Notes: a model not told the origin generated them from the letters alone. Shown: positions 31,901 to 40,440, numbered from the stretch's first letter. The stretch: 64,000 nucleotides of DNA from a virus (IMGVR_UViG_3300027969_000097:734-64733), one strand, 5' to 3'. A program made the numbers and translations.

Positions 31901-34900
31901 GACATTGGATATGTGCTTGATGCAGTCGCATATGACTTTATGTTAGGTACTAACTTTAAAACTATTAAAGCCGCCATGGCATACTATCAAGCACAATCTG
32001 CTGTGGTAATTGCTTCGCAAAAAATGGCTACGTATTCAGCGTTTGGACAATTACAAACCTTGTTACAAACTACACTAGCAACAAATCCAACAGCACTAGC
32101 TAGAATGAACGCTGTTATGGCTACATTCCTTGCTATTGTAGATAAAGGTGTTGGAGAAACTCCGGAAATTAATGGTACATTAACTTACAATAATTCATTG
32201 TCTACTATTCAAGGCGCCGAAGTATTACGTGCTAACAAATCATTTATAGCATCTGAGTTAGCGGCTTTTACAACAGCTAGCTACGGCGGCACAGTAACTA
32301 CAACAACTGCTTCTACAGATTTGTTTACAGTGGGTGTAAATCATAACTTTACAGTTGGTGATCCTGTTGTATTTTCTGGAACGTTGATTACAAGTAGTGG
32401 TGTTACACTTGGAACAACTTATTATATTAAAACAATTCCAAGTCCTACAACATTCACAGTTAGTGCTACCAGCGGAGGAACTACAGTTGACGTTACTGCT
32501 AACGGTAGCGGATCAACAATGTTTGTACGATATTCATATTCATTAGCAAAATGTCTTCGTGATTCAAACTTGTTTATAGAAGCAATGGTTTATGATTTAC
32601 AATATCCGGGCAACTATAAATCACTACGTGCGGCAGAATTATATGTTAATGCTGTTAAAGGTTCACAAGCATCAGACATGTTCCGTGTACGTAACGGTTC
32701 TGGATTAAGAAACTGTACACTAAGCGGATTAAGTGCAGGAATGACCAATGCTAATAGTTACGGTACTAAACGTCCAATGGCAGGAGCGTTCGTTGCTCTC
32801 GATCCAGGCTTTGGACCAAACGATAGCAATGTATGGGTCAACACTCGTTCACATTATTCACAAAACGTAACAATGTTTGGTACAGGATGTAGTGGTGCTA
32901 AGATTGATGCGGCATTACATGCTGGTGGCAACAAATCAATGGTTAAAAACGACTTTACAACAATTATCAGTGATGGTATTGGAGTATGGTGTACAGGTGC
33001 TGGATCATTAACAGAATTAGTATCGGTGTTTAACTACTATGGTTACGCAGGTTATATGGCAGAACTAGGCGGACGTATCCGTGCTACTAACGGTAACAGC
33101 TCATATGGTACATATGGTGTTATTGCCGAAGGTGTTGATACTTACGAAACACCACTTTATGCAACAATTAACAATCGTTATTTTGGCGCACAAGTTACTG
33201 CTGTTGTAACAGATCTTACAAACAAGATTTTACGTTTTGAATATGGTAATGCTGGTAGTAACTATTCCAACGTTGTTCCAACAATTAGCGGATCTGGATA
33301 TAATGCTATCGCAGTCGGCGACGAATTCCGCGATGCGGCCTTGTTTGAAACAAGAACCATTGATAACAATGACGGCACAAGTACAAGCGTAGGTGGTACA
33401 AGTTATGTAACAGCAACTAACAGTGCTCAAAGTGGCGACAAATACAGTATTACAATTGCGGCCACTGATGCAGTATTAACTGGAGCATACAATGGTATGC
33501 GTGTTCAGATAACTGCTGGTTCAGGTGTTGGACAATATGCAAACATTTTAACTTACTTAAACGGCACCAAAGTTGCTCAAGTAGTTAAAGATAGTTTTGC
33601 AACATTAACTGTAACAGGAACTACTACCACAGTATTACAAGTAGCAAGTACAGCTACATTGTATTTGAACATGCCAATTTATCTTGGCGCAACAACCGGC
33701 GTGGCATTGTCGGCTAATACTTTATATTTTGTTAAGACTATACCAGACGGCACAACATTTACAGTATCGTCAACAAGCGGCGGCACGGCAATCACTGGTT
33801 TAACTGCAACAAGCGGTCAAACTATTAGTTTGTATGCGGCAGGATGGGATCATGTTGTTCCAGGAACTACTATTGTTAACGCAATTGACTTGACTTCTGG
33901 TTATATCATTGAACCACGCATTAGTTATACTAGCCCAGGATTTACTAGTGTTGCAAAAACAATGCCAGCAACAGCAACTTGGTCAGCGGCCGCATATGGC
34001 AATGGACGATTTGTTGCAGTGGCGGCAGGCAGTACATCAACAGGATATAGTACAGATGGTTTAACATGGGCAACTGCTGGAGCAAATACTGGAACTCAAA
34101 ACTGGGTTGACGTAATATATGCTGGTGGTGAAGGTGCTGTTGCTACAGCAGTGGTTGGCGGCTTTGGCGGTACAGCGGCCGTATTAACTGCGGTATTAGG
34201 CACAGGACTTACTGCTAATCAAGTTGTTAGTGTAACTATTGTTAACGGTGGCGCAGGATTTACAACTCCTCCAACTATTGTGTTTACAAGTGCTAGTGGT
34301 GTTGGTGCAACAGCAACGGCTACTGTATTGAACGGCGCAATTGCAAGTATAACAATGACAATTAACGGTTCAGGTTACTTGACAGCACCAACAGTTACAG
34401 CCGCAGTTGATCGTGTATCTAGTGTTACAATGAATAGTTGGGGTAAAAACTATTATGGAACTCCAACAGTGACATTTAGTAATCCAGGCGGCGTAACTAC
34501 TCAAGCATGGGCGGCTACTACATCGGTAGCTCAAGGCACATATTTACTTACTGTGGATCAAAACATCTACTTGGTAACAAGTTCAGCGACATCAACAGGT
34601 GCTACTAAACCAGTTCATACAACTGGAAGTGCGGCCAACGGTACAGCAACATTGCAATATTATGCAACAGCCGCGGCTGGTACAGCAGTGATGAGCAACT
34701 ATGGTGTTCAATCTATCACAATGACCAACTATGGAAACAGTTACTCGACTGTTCCAACGGTTACTATTAGAGATACAACAGCAAAATTTGTAACAATTGC
34801 TAACGGCGCGGCAGTAAGTGCATGGCAAGATGCTACAACACCAACAACAGCATGGACTGGTGGCGCTAGCACATCTTCTAAAACAGATTTGAATTCGCTA

Positions 34901-36808
34901 GCATACGGCGCAGGCCTATATATTGCAGTTGGCGGCACAAGCGGAACAGCAAGTGTTATAAGTTCTACAGATCCAACTACAGGCGGATCATGGGTAGATC
35001 GTTCAAGTAATATTAATACTGCAAATGCATTAAGTACAGGTTCTTGGACTGCAATCACTTACGGTGCAGGCACATTCCTAGCAATTAACGGCGGCGGCGG
35101 TAATAAGACAGCATGGTGTACTGGTAATCCTCAATCTTGGACAGCAGGCGGAAACTTGCCAGCAAGCGGAAACTGGACCAGTGTTGCTTACGGTAACGGA
35201 CGATTTGTAGCAATACAAAGTGGTTCTGCTGTAACTGCAATCAGTACAGACTTTGGCGTTACTTGGGTAAGTAGTCAAGCAAATGCATTCTCAGCACAGT
35301 TACCAAGCAGTCAAACATGGACTCGTATTAAGTACGGCCAAGGATTGTTTATGGCAATTGCGTCAAGCACTGCGGTGTGCGCTACAAGTCCAGATGGTAT
35401 TAATTGGACTGTTAGAGCAATGCAAAGTTCAAGCAACTGGTTAGCACTGGCATTTGGTAACCCAAATAATAATCCAACATGGATTGCGGCTTCTAATACT
35501 TCAGGTACACTTGGCCAATTTATTAAAACTGGTGCTCAGGCATTAGGTAGAGTAAAAGTTATTAGTGGAGTAGTTAATGAAGTTCGTACTATTGAACCAG
35601 GAAGCGGTTATTCAAAAGGTACTGCTACTGCTACAACAGTTACAACTAATTTAATTACAGCAGATCAAACATACAATTTAGTTGACAGTCAACCAATTGT
35701 GTTTACAGGTACAAGTGCAGGCGGCATTACTGCCAACACAACCTACTATGTTATTGGATCTACAATTACAAGTACACAATTTAAAGTTAGTTTAACAGCA
35801 GGCAGTGCAACAGCAATACCATTGACTACAGCAACAATTAGTATGTCATGGCAAGCTAGTCCAATTGCTACACAAACTGATCCTAACAAAGTTAAAACAG
35901 CCGCAATTACGCAACGTATGGGTAATGGAGTATTAGGCAATCCAAGTTTCCCTAACAGAGGTACTAATAATGCCACTGCTACTGCAAGCGTAGTAGGCGA
36001 TGGGTATAGCGATTTGTATCAAACAAGTAGCTTTATTAACGTGAGCGGATTATATAGCTTACCACAAGCTGGTGCAAACATACAGTTCTCAACACTATCA
36101 ACAAGCTATTATAAACTTGTTGCAGTAACTAATGTACTTGGTATTCCAGGAAACTATACAGCGCAGTTCCAAATTAATCCAGCATTGACAACTGCTACTG
36201 CTCCGATCCACGCAACATTAATTACTACTAAGTTGAAATACAGTCAAGTACGTTTAACTGGACATGACTTCTTGTACATTGGTACTGGCGGCAAGGATAA
36301 AACAAATTATCCATATGTTGACCCAACAACTGCTATACAAGCTAATCAACAATTGTCTAGTGGCGGTGGACGAGTGTTCTTTACTTCAACTGACCAGGAC
36401 GGTAACTTCAACGTTGGTAACTTGTTTGGAGTTCAACAGGCAACTGGTACTGCTACGTTGAACGCTAGTGCGTTTAACTTAGCTGGTCTACAGAGTTTGA
36501 CATTGGGCGCGGTAACATTGGGCATTGGCTCAGCTACAATTACTCAATTCAGTACAGATCCGTACTTTACAGCTAATAGCGATAACATTGTTCCAACACA
36601 AAAAGCTATTAAATCGTATATTACGGCTCAAATTGGTGGCGGATCAAGCTCACTAAACGTAAATACATTGACAGCGGGTCAAGTTTTCCTTGCAAATAAC
36701 ACTATTAGCAATACAACTGGCGCACAGATCAAAGTAACAAGTAAAATGAATTTCGTGGGCGGTATCGACGGATCACCCGTTGCCCTTGGATTCTTTATGC
36801 AACGATAA
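25949..36808 (+). CDS. giant multidomain virion/fibre protein (3619 aa), paralogue of 17528, with six helical (C)xRD repeats
   Basis: MAEFKLGRI N-terminus. Same Trp repeats, beta-helix, propeller and SQVRLTGHDFL...FTSTDQDGNF C-terminal block as 17528. Confidence 0.8.
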   Translation: MAEFKLGRIKFVYQGAWSQNFAYVVDDVVTVSGKTYICVVSHTSTNTTTGFATDLAFNPTKWNIVAEGQLWRGSWTNNTYYNSGDLIQYGGLVYTANTAHTSVATNAPLTVTGASGSGSVVTITFASQIVQPFLVGSSITVAGITTTASGYNATATVTACTTTSVSYANATSATYTSGGTIVGTLQTGLETDQSKWDVFAQAFSWNNAWAINTRYKVRDLIYYGGQTYVCNAAHVSANTLALGLENDQSKWDSFNAGFLYTGNFAGSTRYRLNDIVRYGADLWICTTQHSSTSTFDDTKWSIFVNGFQFENSWTGGTTYQIGDMVTYGGNTYTAIQNHSTVQIPSTATAYWQPYTSGFTYQGDYAVATAYKIGSVVRTGGYTYLALVDNVQAVVQVVSTTSGTNVINLAGSLNITAASVTSTTATLTYASQPSIPFVVGQTIVVAGVTNTAYNGTFTVTGSPTTTQVQYTLSGSPASSSGGTVTSTTSGLIVNVPINVASNVGNLLTTSTYYVRTINATSFTVGTTPSAGSDFTLATTTAQTVAATTDPSPPFATYWTRLNSGIRWNAQAQSFTGLSGTNIIGTGSGATFNVTVSGTVYTATVAGGGTGYASTNTLKILGTSLGGITPANDLTITVNTVSSGVIQALGISVSGQSVTWKTGTAYVLGDAVFFGANSYICVLAHIGASGNRPDADTTATYWNLLASGSEPAVLTTQGDTFFYGVNGPTRLPVGSDGQVLRVSGTQPAWQYYGIINNLVYVAPSGTDTLGNGQGLTIDKPWQTVRYAAKQVEDGYQNTSAAMLLAKNKQFILKEVSNYVTYTYKASVTGTNTGAFTTGNTSGLSVGMPIRFSAQTGSMTIATVAISNTTTYYVQSITANASFTVASTYNGSALTAAGTGTATVSYYTSLASEIERDAGYVLDGVIFDVSHGGTAKTVTNARAYLNSAGTGYINTATQSQIPQFVGAQTYMSTLIGNVLANTVPSSNYQTLNSVGTVASQIIDTTLTAETGSTALAQSLITIVTNALTAGVSTNIPPASQPNTTISVKTGTFNEVLPIVIPSNTAIVGDELRSTVIQPQSAIPALVNDKSKSINALNRVKAIVSSVMANTAVTPSASHAYSFATLTATSTGGTSTITFASQATAPFVVGQKITVSGVTPVGFNGSKTVTACTTTSVSFTGGTAGPQTIAGIVTNQDTSLPAGDTGSLAATTSVVTNVNLMQDMLLNGQAQQIAYTFTNPSNYNTTYLGGFGDGKAQIVQNYQFIKDEISAFLNTNYNAVWTALGGTGQALCQRDVGYLLDALQYDMTYGCNNQSLIAGSSYYSYYVLTIAQTEKVATVAAYKRLQQVVSQIVTKASVVVSAGNSTSQVTSGSAGSVTAAAFAAERIGDTVYYLNNSNANSSTWVGTGTIATTVLTLTAVASGTVVPATAITGTGVSIGTYIIAQATSTASAIASPTYASGGTSGAQTFVVSSATGIVAGQLVVGTGVPAGSYVISSYTSGTTITLVDYWGNPALLTTQATGTYNFYTPGGVGTYNINVSQTVTPAITITGSSTITPVTSGAISLATSALQASFNLVQARKTEIQSDATVWVQKFYQTLAFNTTTCYRDAGYIVDALSYDFALGTNFNSIISAKSYFRAISSAQVVINTQLAAEVGSIRFIGYKIRSIAGAGSVVQVQNLVDDINEYVVGGAVPRFFTWPDYTGISANPAAAAKVIWRNKAFIQAEISSFLSTNYSSVWTSIVQATCTRDIGYIVDAIRYDLTYGGNSASKQAGIAYYSRLTSGFQIAGTEKVATLAAYTLLGTLVSAIAQNGAYSALQGTVSRVSATAYGTGTEGTAAAALVTIVYNYVDLGLTSGAPQITITTIAGTTTFTSGTHGLAIGDEVIPQTTANGLVAGTIYYVASIPLGTTFTLAATWGGAAITTFTNGTGLSIVAEKTNNPSISWVATTLKDSTTTMLGSKSALQTSITSYISTNYPNLVYNSATCQRDIGYVLDAVAYDFMLGTNFKTIKAAMAYYQAQSAVVIASQKMATYSAFGQLQTLLQTTLATNPTALARMNAVMATFLAIVDKGVGETPEINGTLTYNNSLSTIQGAEVLRANKSFIASELAAFTTASYGGTVTTTTASTDLFTVGVNHNFTVGDPVVFSGTLITSSGVTLGTTYYIKTIPSPTTFTVSATSGGTTVDVTANGSGSTMFVRYSYSLAKCLRDSNLFIEAMVYDLQYPGNYKSLRAAELYVNAVKGSQASDMFRVRNGSGLRNCTLSGLSAGMTNANSYGTKRPMAGAFVALDPGFGPNDSNVWVNTRSHYSQNVTMFGTGCSGAKIDAALHAGGNKSMVKNDFTTIISDGIGVWCTGAGSLTELVSVFNYYGYAGYMAELGGRIRATNGNSSYGTYGVIAEGVDTYETPLYATINNRYFGAQVTAVVTDLTNKILRFEYGNAGSNYSNVVPTISGSGYNAIAVGDEFRDAALFETRTIDNNDGTSTSVGGTSYVTATNSAQSGDKYSITIAATDAVLTGAYNGMRVQITAGSGVGQYANILTYLNGTKVAQVVKDSFATLTVTGTTTTVLQVASTATLYLNMPIYLGATTGVALSANTLYFVKTIPDGTTFTVSSTSGGTAITGLTATSGQTISLYAAGWDHVVPGTTIVNAIDLTSGYIIEPRISYTSPGFTSVAKTMPATATWSAAAYGNGRFVAVAAGSTSTGYSTDGLTWATAGANTGTQNWVDVIYAGGEGAVATAVVGGFGGTAAVLTAVLGTGLTANQVVSVTIVNGGAGFTTPPTIVFTSASGVGATATATVLNGAIASITMTINGSGYLTAPTVTAAVDRVSSVTMNSWGKNYYGTPTVTFSNPGGVTTQAWAATTSVAQGTYLLTVDQNIYLVTSSATSTGATKPVHTTGSAANGTATLQYYATAAAGTAVMSNYGVQSITMTNYGNSYSTVPTVTIRDTTAKFVTIANGAAVSAWQDATTPTTAWTGGASTSSKTDLNSLAYGAGLYIAVGGTSGTASVISSTDPTTGGSWVDRSSNINTANALSTGSWTAITYGAGTFLAINGGGGNKTAWCTGNPQSWTAGGNLPASGNWTSVAYGNGRFVAIQSGSAVTAISTDFGVTWVSSQANAFSAQLPSSQTWTRIKYGQGLFMAIASSTAVCATSPDGINWTVRAMQSSSNWLALAFGNPNNNPTWIAASNTSGTLGQFIKTGAQALGRVKVISGVVNEVRTIEPGSGYSKGTATATTVTTNLITADQTYNLVDSQPIVFTGTSAGGITANTTYYVIGSTITSTQFKVSLTAGSATAIPLTTATISMSWQASPIATQTDPNKVKTAAITQRMGNGVLGNPSFPNRGTNNATATASVVGDGYSDLYQTSSFINVSGLYSLPQAGANIQFSTLSTSYYKLVAVTNVLGIPGNYTAQFQINPALTTATAPIHATLITTKLKYSQVRLTGHDFLYIGTGGKDKTNYPYVDPTTAIQANQQLSSGGGRVFFTSTDQDGNFNVGNLFGVQQATGTATLNASAFNLAGLQSLTLGAVTLGIGSATITQFSTDPYFTANSDNIVPTQKAIKSYITAQIGGGSSSLNVNTLTAGQVFLANNTISNTTGAQIKVTSKMNFVGGIDGSPVALGFFMQR

Positions 36809-36826
36809 AAATGGAGAATATATAAC

Positions 36827-37153
36827 ATGGCAACAGGAAGAGTAGCAACGTCAGTGATTTCAAACGGTAGTGCTTTACAATCACTTTATCAAGTTCCGGC
36901 AGGATATTATGGAGTGTACAACATTTCATTTTGTAACTACGGAGCAACATCAACTACAATTAGAATGGCAATCAGCACTTCTAACAGCGCACCAGGTGCA
37001 GGCGAATACTATGAATATGGTACAGTTATTGCGGCCGGCGGCGTGTTTGAACGTACTGGATTAGTAGCCCAGGCAGGTTTGTACGTTGTTGTATGGTCTA
37101 CTTCAACATCCGTAGCAGTTAATGTCTACGGTATTGAAACATCAACATCATAA
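36827..37153 (+). CDS. small virion protein (MATGR family)
   Basis: LYQVPAG...SFCN...IRMAI...EYGT...GVFERTGLV...VYGIET. GGAG RBS. Confidence 0.7.
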   Translation: MATGRVATSVISNGSALQSLYQVPAGYYGVYNISFCNYGATSTTIRMAISTSNSAPGAGEYYEYGTVIAAGGVFERTGLVAQAGLYVVVWSTSTSVAVNVYGIETSTS

Positions 37154-37168
37154 TAGTGAGAGAATATA

Positions 37169-38230
37169 ATGGCACGATTTAATACAACAATTCCAGTAGC
37201 AACGGGTAGCGGTGCTCAATCACTTGGTACAACCAATCAAGGTTCGATATATACTATTACAGGCACTGCACCGTTTACAGTTACTATTGGTGATCCACTG
37301 TACTTACTTGGACAAAGTCAAGTATTGTATAATACAACAAGTGGCGATGTCACAGTTCAATCTAGCGGATCTGGAGTATTTGTAGGGCCGGGCGCAAGCG
37401 GATCTAGCAGTCAAATTATGCCAGCGGGTAGTTTGTTATGTGTTACCAGCAATGGTACTAATTGGATTGTACAATTTGACGGTGGCGGTAACTTAGTAGC
37501 AGGAACATTGAGCGCAAGCAAAGCAGTTACATTGAGCCCAGCAAGTGCTAACGTAACAATTAGTCCAAGCGGTAGCGGTAATATTATTATTAATCCAGCA
37601 GGAACATTAGCTAACAATACTATTGACAACGTAACAATTGGTGCAACAACACGTGGATCTGCGCTATTTACAACATTGGGTGCTAACGGTGCTGTGACAT
37701 TAAGTCCAGCCGCATTAGTTACAATTAGCCCAACAGGCGGATTAACTATTGCTCCAAGTAGTGTAACTGGTACAATGGACAACGTAACAATTGGTGCAAC
37801 AACACGTGGATCTGCGCTATTTACAACATTGGGTGCTAACGGTCAAGTAAGTTTTACAGCAGGTACTACTTCAAGCACTACCGGCACAGGTACTATTGTT
37901 GTTACTGGTGGTGTTGGTGTTTCAGGTCAAGTTACTTGTGCAACACTAGTTGAAACTTCAAGTATTGCATTTAAAGAAAACGTACAACCACTAACAAACG
38001 CTTTAGATGTAGTTATGCAATTAATGGGTGTAACATACGATCGTAAAGATAATCATAAACATGAAGCTGGTTTAATTGCTGAAGAAGTATTTAAATTTGC
38101 TCCAGAACTAGTTAGTTTAGATGCCGATGGCAAGCCATACGGAATTCAATACACCAAGTTAGGTGCTTATCTAGTTGAGTCTATCAAAACACTTAAAGAA
38201 GAAATTAACTTGTTAAAAGGTATAAAATAA
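37169..38230 (+). CDS. tail fibre protein with C-terminal intramolecular chaperone (peptidase S74-like)
   Basis: ETSSIAFKENVQPL (Ser/Lys dyad), GLIAEEV..PELV, terminal coiled coil. Confidence 0.8.
   Translation: MARFNTTIPVATGSGAQSLGTTNQGSIYTITGTAPFTVTIGDPLYLLGQSQVLYNTTSGDVTVQSSGSGVFVGPGASGSSSQIMPAGSLLCVTSNGTNWIVQFDGGGNLVAGTLSASKAVTLSPASANVTISPSGSGNIIINPAGTLANNTIDNVTIGATTRGSALFTTLGANGAVTLSPAALVTISPTGGLTIAPSSVTGTMDNVTIGATTRGSALFTTLGANGQVSFTAGTTSSTTGTGTIVVTGGVGVSGQVTCATLVETSSIAFKENVQPLTNALDVVMQLMGVTYDRKDNHKHEAGLIAEEVFKFAPELVSLDADGKPYGIQYTKLGAYLVESIKTLKEEINLLKGIK
37625..37843 (+). repeat. exact 66-bp direct repeat (37625-37690 and 37778-37843)
   Basis: GACAACGTAACAATTGGTGCAACAACACGTGGATCTGCGCTATTTACAACATTGGGTGCTAACGGT twice, 153 bp apart (DNVTIGATTRGSALFTTLGANG). 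Confidence 0.9.
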
Positions 38231-38231
38231 A

Positions 38232-39296
38232 ATGGCATCATTAGTGCAATCATCGTTTACGGACTTGTCATTACCGCAAGGTACAACTGCTCAACGTCCG
38301 GGTAGTCCAGTATCTGGAATGATGCGTTACAATACCGATTATGCATTAGTGGAATTTTATGATGGTGCAAGCTGGAGACCAGTGACTGGATTTAGTTCAG
38401 GCACTATGGGATCAGGCGGCGATCAAAGATTTATCATGGGCAACAGCATTGTTCATATGTTTACTAGCGTTGGCGCTGGTACATTTACACCTAGTTTTAC
38501 AGGCTACGTGCAAGTGTTAATAGTTGCAGGCGGCGCTGGTGCTGGCGCAAACAGTTGGTCGGGCGGTGGAGGAGGTGGAGGCGTTATTTTTAATCGCTCA
38601 TTTCCAGTTACAGCCAACACAGGTATTCCAATCAGTGTAGGCGGCGGAGCAGGCGCAGGCGGCCAAGGCGGCAGTACTAGTTTTGGTGGCACTACTGCCA
38701 CAGGCGGCGGCACAGGCGGAGTATGGGATTCAACAACACCGGGACGCCCAGGCGGATCGGGTGGCGGAGGTGGCCCAAGTTCTGCTGATAGTAGTCGATT
38801 CAGAGTATCAGGCGGCCCTGGTATAACAGGGCAAGGTTTTCCAGGCGGCAGTGGTGTACGTTTTAACGATGACGGAACTGATTCGCACAATGGTGGTGGT
38901 GGTGGCGGAGCAGGCGGCCCAGGATTAGCAAGCCAGGATCAAAATCAAAAACAAGCAACACACGGCGGCCCAGGGCGAGCAAGTGATATCACAGGAAGCG
39001 TATTATATTGGGGCGGCGGCGGCGCAAGCGGGCCGCATATTTGTGACGGCGGTGGCGGTGATGGAGGCGTTGGAGGTGGTGGCGGAGGATCTGCTCACTA
39101 TGTTCCAGGTTTTGGCCCAGGATTAGGCAATGGCAGGGGCGGCGGTCAAGCACTGAACCAAGGCGGCAACTCGTCAAACAGTGACGGACATGCACGTTAT
39201 GGTGGCAACGGCGGCGCTAATACAGGCGGTGGCGGTGGCAACGGTGGATCATATCACGGCAGTGGCGGTTCCGGTATCGTTGTTGTAAGGTATTAA
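38232..39296 (+). CDS. glycine-rich (polyglycine II) adhesin-like virion protein 1
   Basis: LPQGTTAQRP module, HMFTS.G.FTP, VLIVAGG, poly-Gly blocks, terminal GGSGIVVVRY. Confidence 0.75.
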   Translation: MASLVQSSFTDLSLPQGTTAQRPGSPVSGMMRYNTDYALVEFYDGASWRPVTGFSSGTMGSGGDQRFIMGNSIVHMFTSVGAGTFTPSFTGYVQVLIVAGGAGAGANSWSGGGGGGGVIFNRSFPVTANTGIPISVGGGAGAGGQGGSTSFGGTTATGGGTGGVWDSTTPGRPGGSGGGGGPSSADSSRFRVSGGPGITGQGFPGGSGVRFNDDGTDSHNGGGGGGAGGPGLASQDQNQKQATHGGPGRASDITGSVLYWGGGGASGPHICDGGGGDGGVGGGGGGSAHYVPGFGPGLGNGRGGGQALNQGGNSSNSDGHARYGGNGGANTGGGGGNGGSYHGSGGSGIVVVRY

Positions 39297-39309
39297 TAAG
39301 AGAATATAA

Positions 39310-40440
39310 ATGGCAAATCTACAAACAACAGTAATAAATGATCAAGGATTTTTGCAATTACCAAAAGGTAACGCAGGAGCTCGTCCAAGCCCAACAGCTG
39401 GTATGATACGTTATAACACTACCAATAATCTAGTTGAATTTTATGACAATACTGGCTGGCGACCAGTCACTGGTATCAGTAAAGGATCCATAGGTACTGG
39501 CGGCAATCAAATTTTATATGCAGGATCAAATACTAGTCGTAGTAATTCTGTTGTTCACGTGTTTACAGGTGGCAGTCAAACATTTACTCCAGCGTTTACC
39601 GGAACAGTAGAAGTGCTTGTTGTAGGCGGCGGCGGCTCTGGCGGCGGACATTTAGGTTCAGGCGGTGGTGCCGGCGGCATTATATATAACAGATCATTTC
39701 CTGTTACTAACGGTGTAGGTATTCCAGTAACAGTTGGAGCAACTGCTGGATCCCCACCTGCATACTCAACAAGTTCTACAAACGGAAATAATTCAGTATT
39801 TGGATCCATTACTGCTAACGGCGGTGGCGGTGGCGGATCATGGGACGGATATGCCGGTCGTCCAGGCGGCTCAGGCGGTGGCGGTTGCCCAGGATCAAAC
39901 GGTGCAGGATCAAACGGATTTACAGGCCCAAATGATAGTAGAAATAAAAATATGGGTGGTCGGGGAATAACAGGTCAAGGATATCCCGGCGGTAGCGGAA
40001 TTAGATTTAATCGTCAAAGCGAAGATACACACAAAGGTGGTGGCGGTGGCGGCGCTGGCGGCCCAGGACATAGTGCAGAAGATGATTGCCACCAAGGATT
40101 GCTCAACGATGGCGGCCCAGGAATAGCAAACAGTATACTTGGATATACTGAATACTGGGGTGGCGGTGGTGGTGGCGCATGCCATCATGGAAATAGCACA
40201 TTGGCTTCTAGCGGAGGCATTGGTGGCGGTGGTGGCGGTACTCAAACGCACGGCGGCCCAAGATATTCAGGTAGTTCACATGGTGGTGCTGGCGTTGGCG
40301 GGCCTGGTTATAACAACGGCGGCAATGGTTCTAGTCACTATAACGGCGGCAATGCTGGCGACAATACCGGAGGCGGTGGCTCTGGCGCTCACGGACAAGC
40401 TGGCAACGGCGGATCCGGCATTGTAATTGTAAAATATTAA
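39310..40440 (+). CDS. glycine-rich adhesin-like virion protein 2
   Basis: Same architecture, ending GGSGIVIVKY. Confidence 0.75.
   Translation: MANLQTTVINDQGFLQLPKGNAGARPSPTAGMIRYNTTNNLVEFYDNTGWRPVTGISKGSIGTGGNQILYAGSNTSRSNSVVHVFTGGSQTFTPAFTGTVEVLVVGGGGSGGGHLGSGGGAGGIIYNRSFPVTNGVGIPVTVGATAGSPPAYSTSSTNGNNSVFGSITANGGGGGGSWDGYAGRPGGSGGGGCPGSNGAGSNGFTGPNDSRNKNMGGRGITGQGYPGGSGIRFNRQSEDTHKGGGGGGAGGPGHSAEDDCHQGLLNDGGPGIANSILGYTEYWGGGGGGACHHGNSTLASSGGIGGGGGGTQTHGGPRYSGSSHGGAGVGGPGYNNGGNGSSHYNGGNAGDNTGGGGSGAHGQAGNGGSGIVIVKY

Noticed and set aside
37625-37843. Possible diversity-generating retroelement TR/VR pair
   Set aside because: The copies are identical with no adenine-specific mismatches, lie within one gene, and there is no reverse transcriptase in the window.
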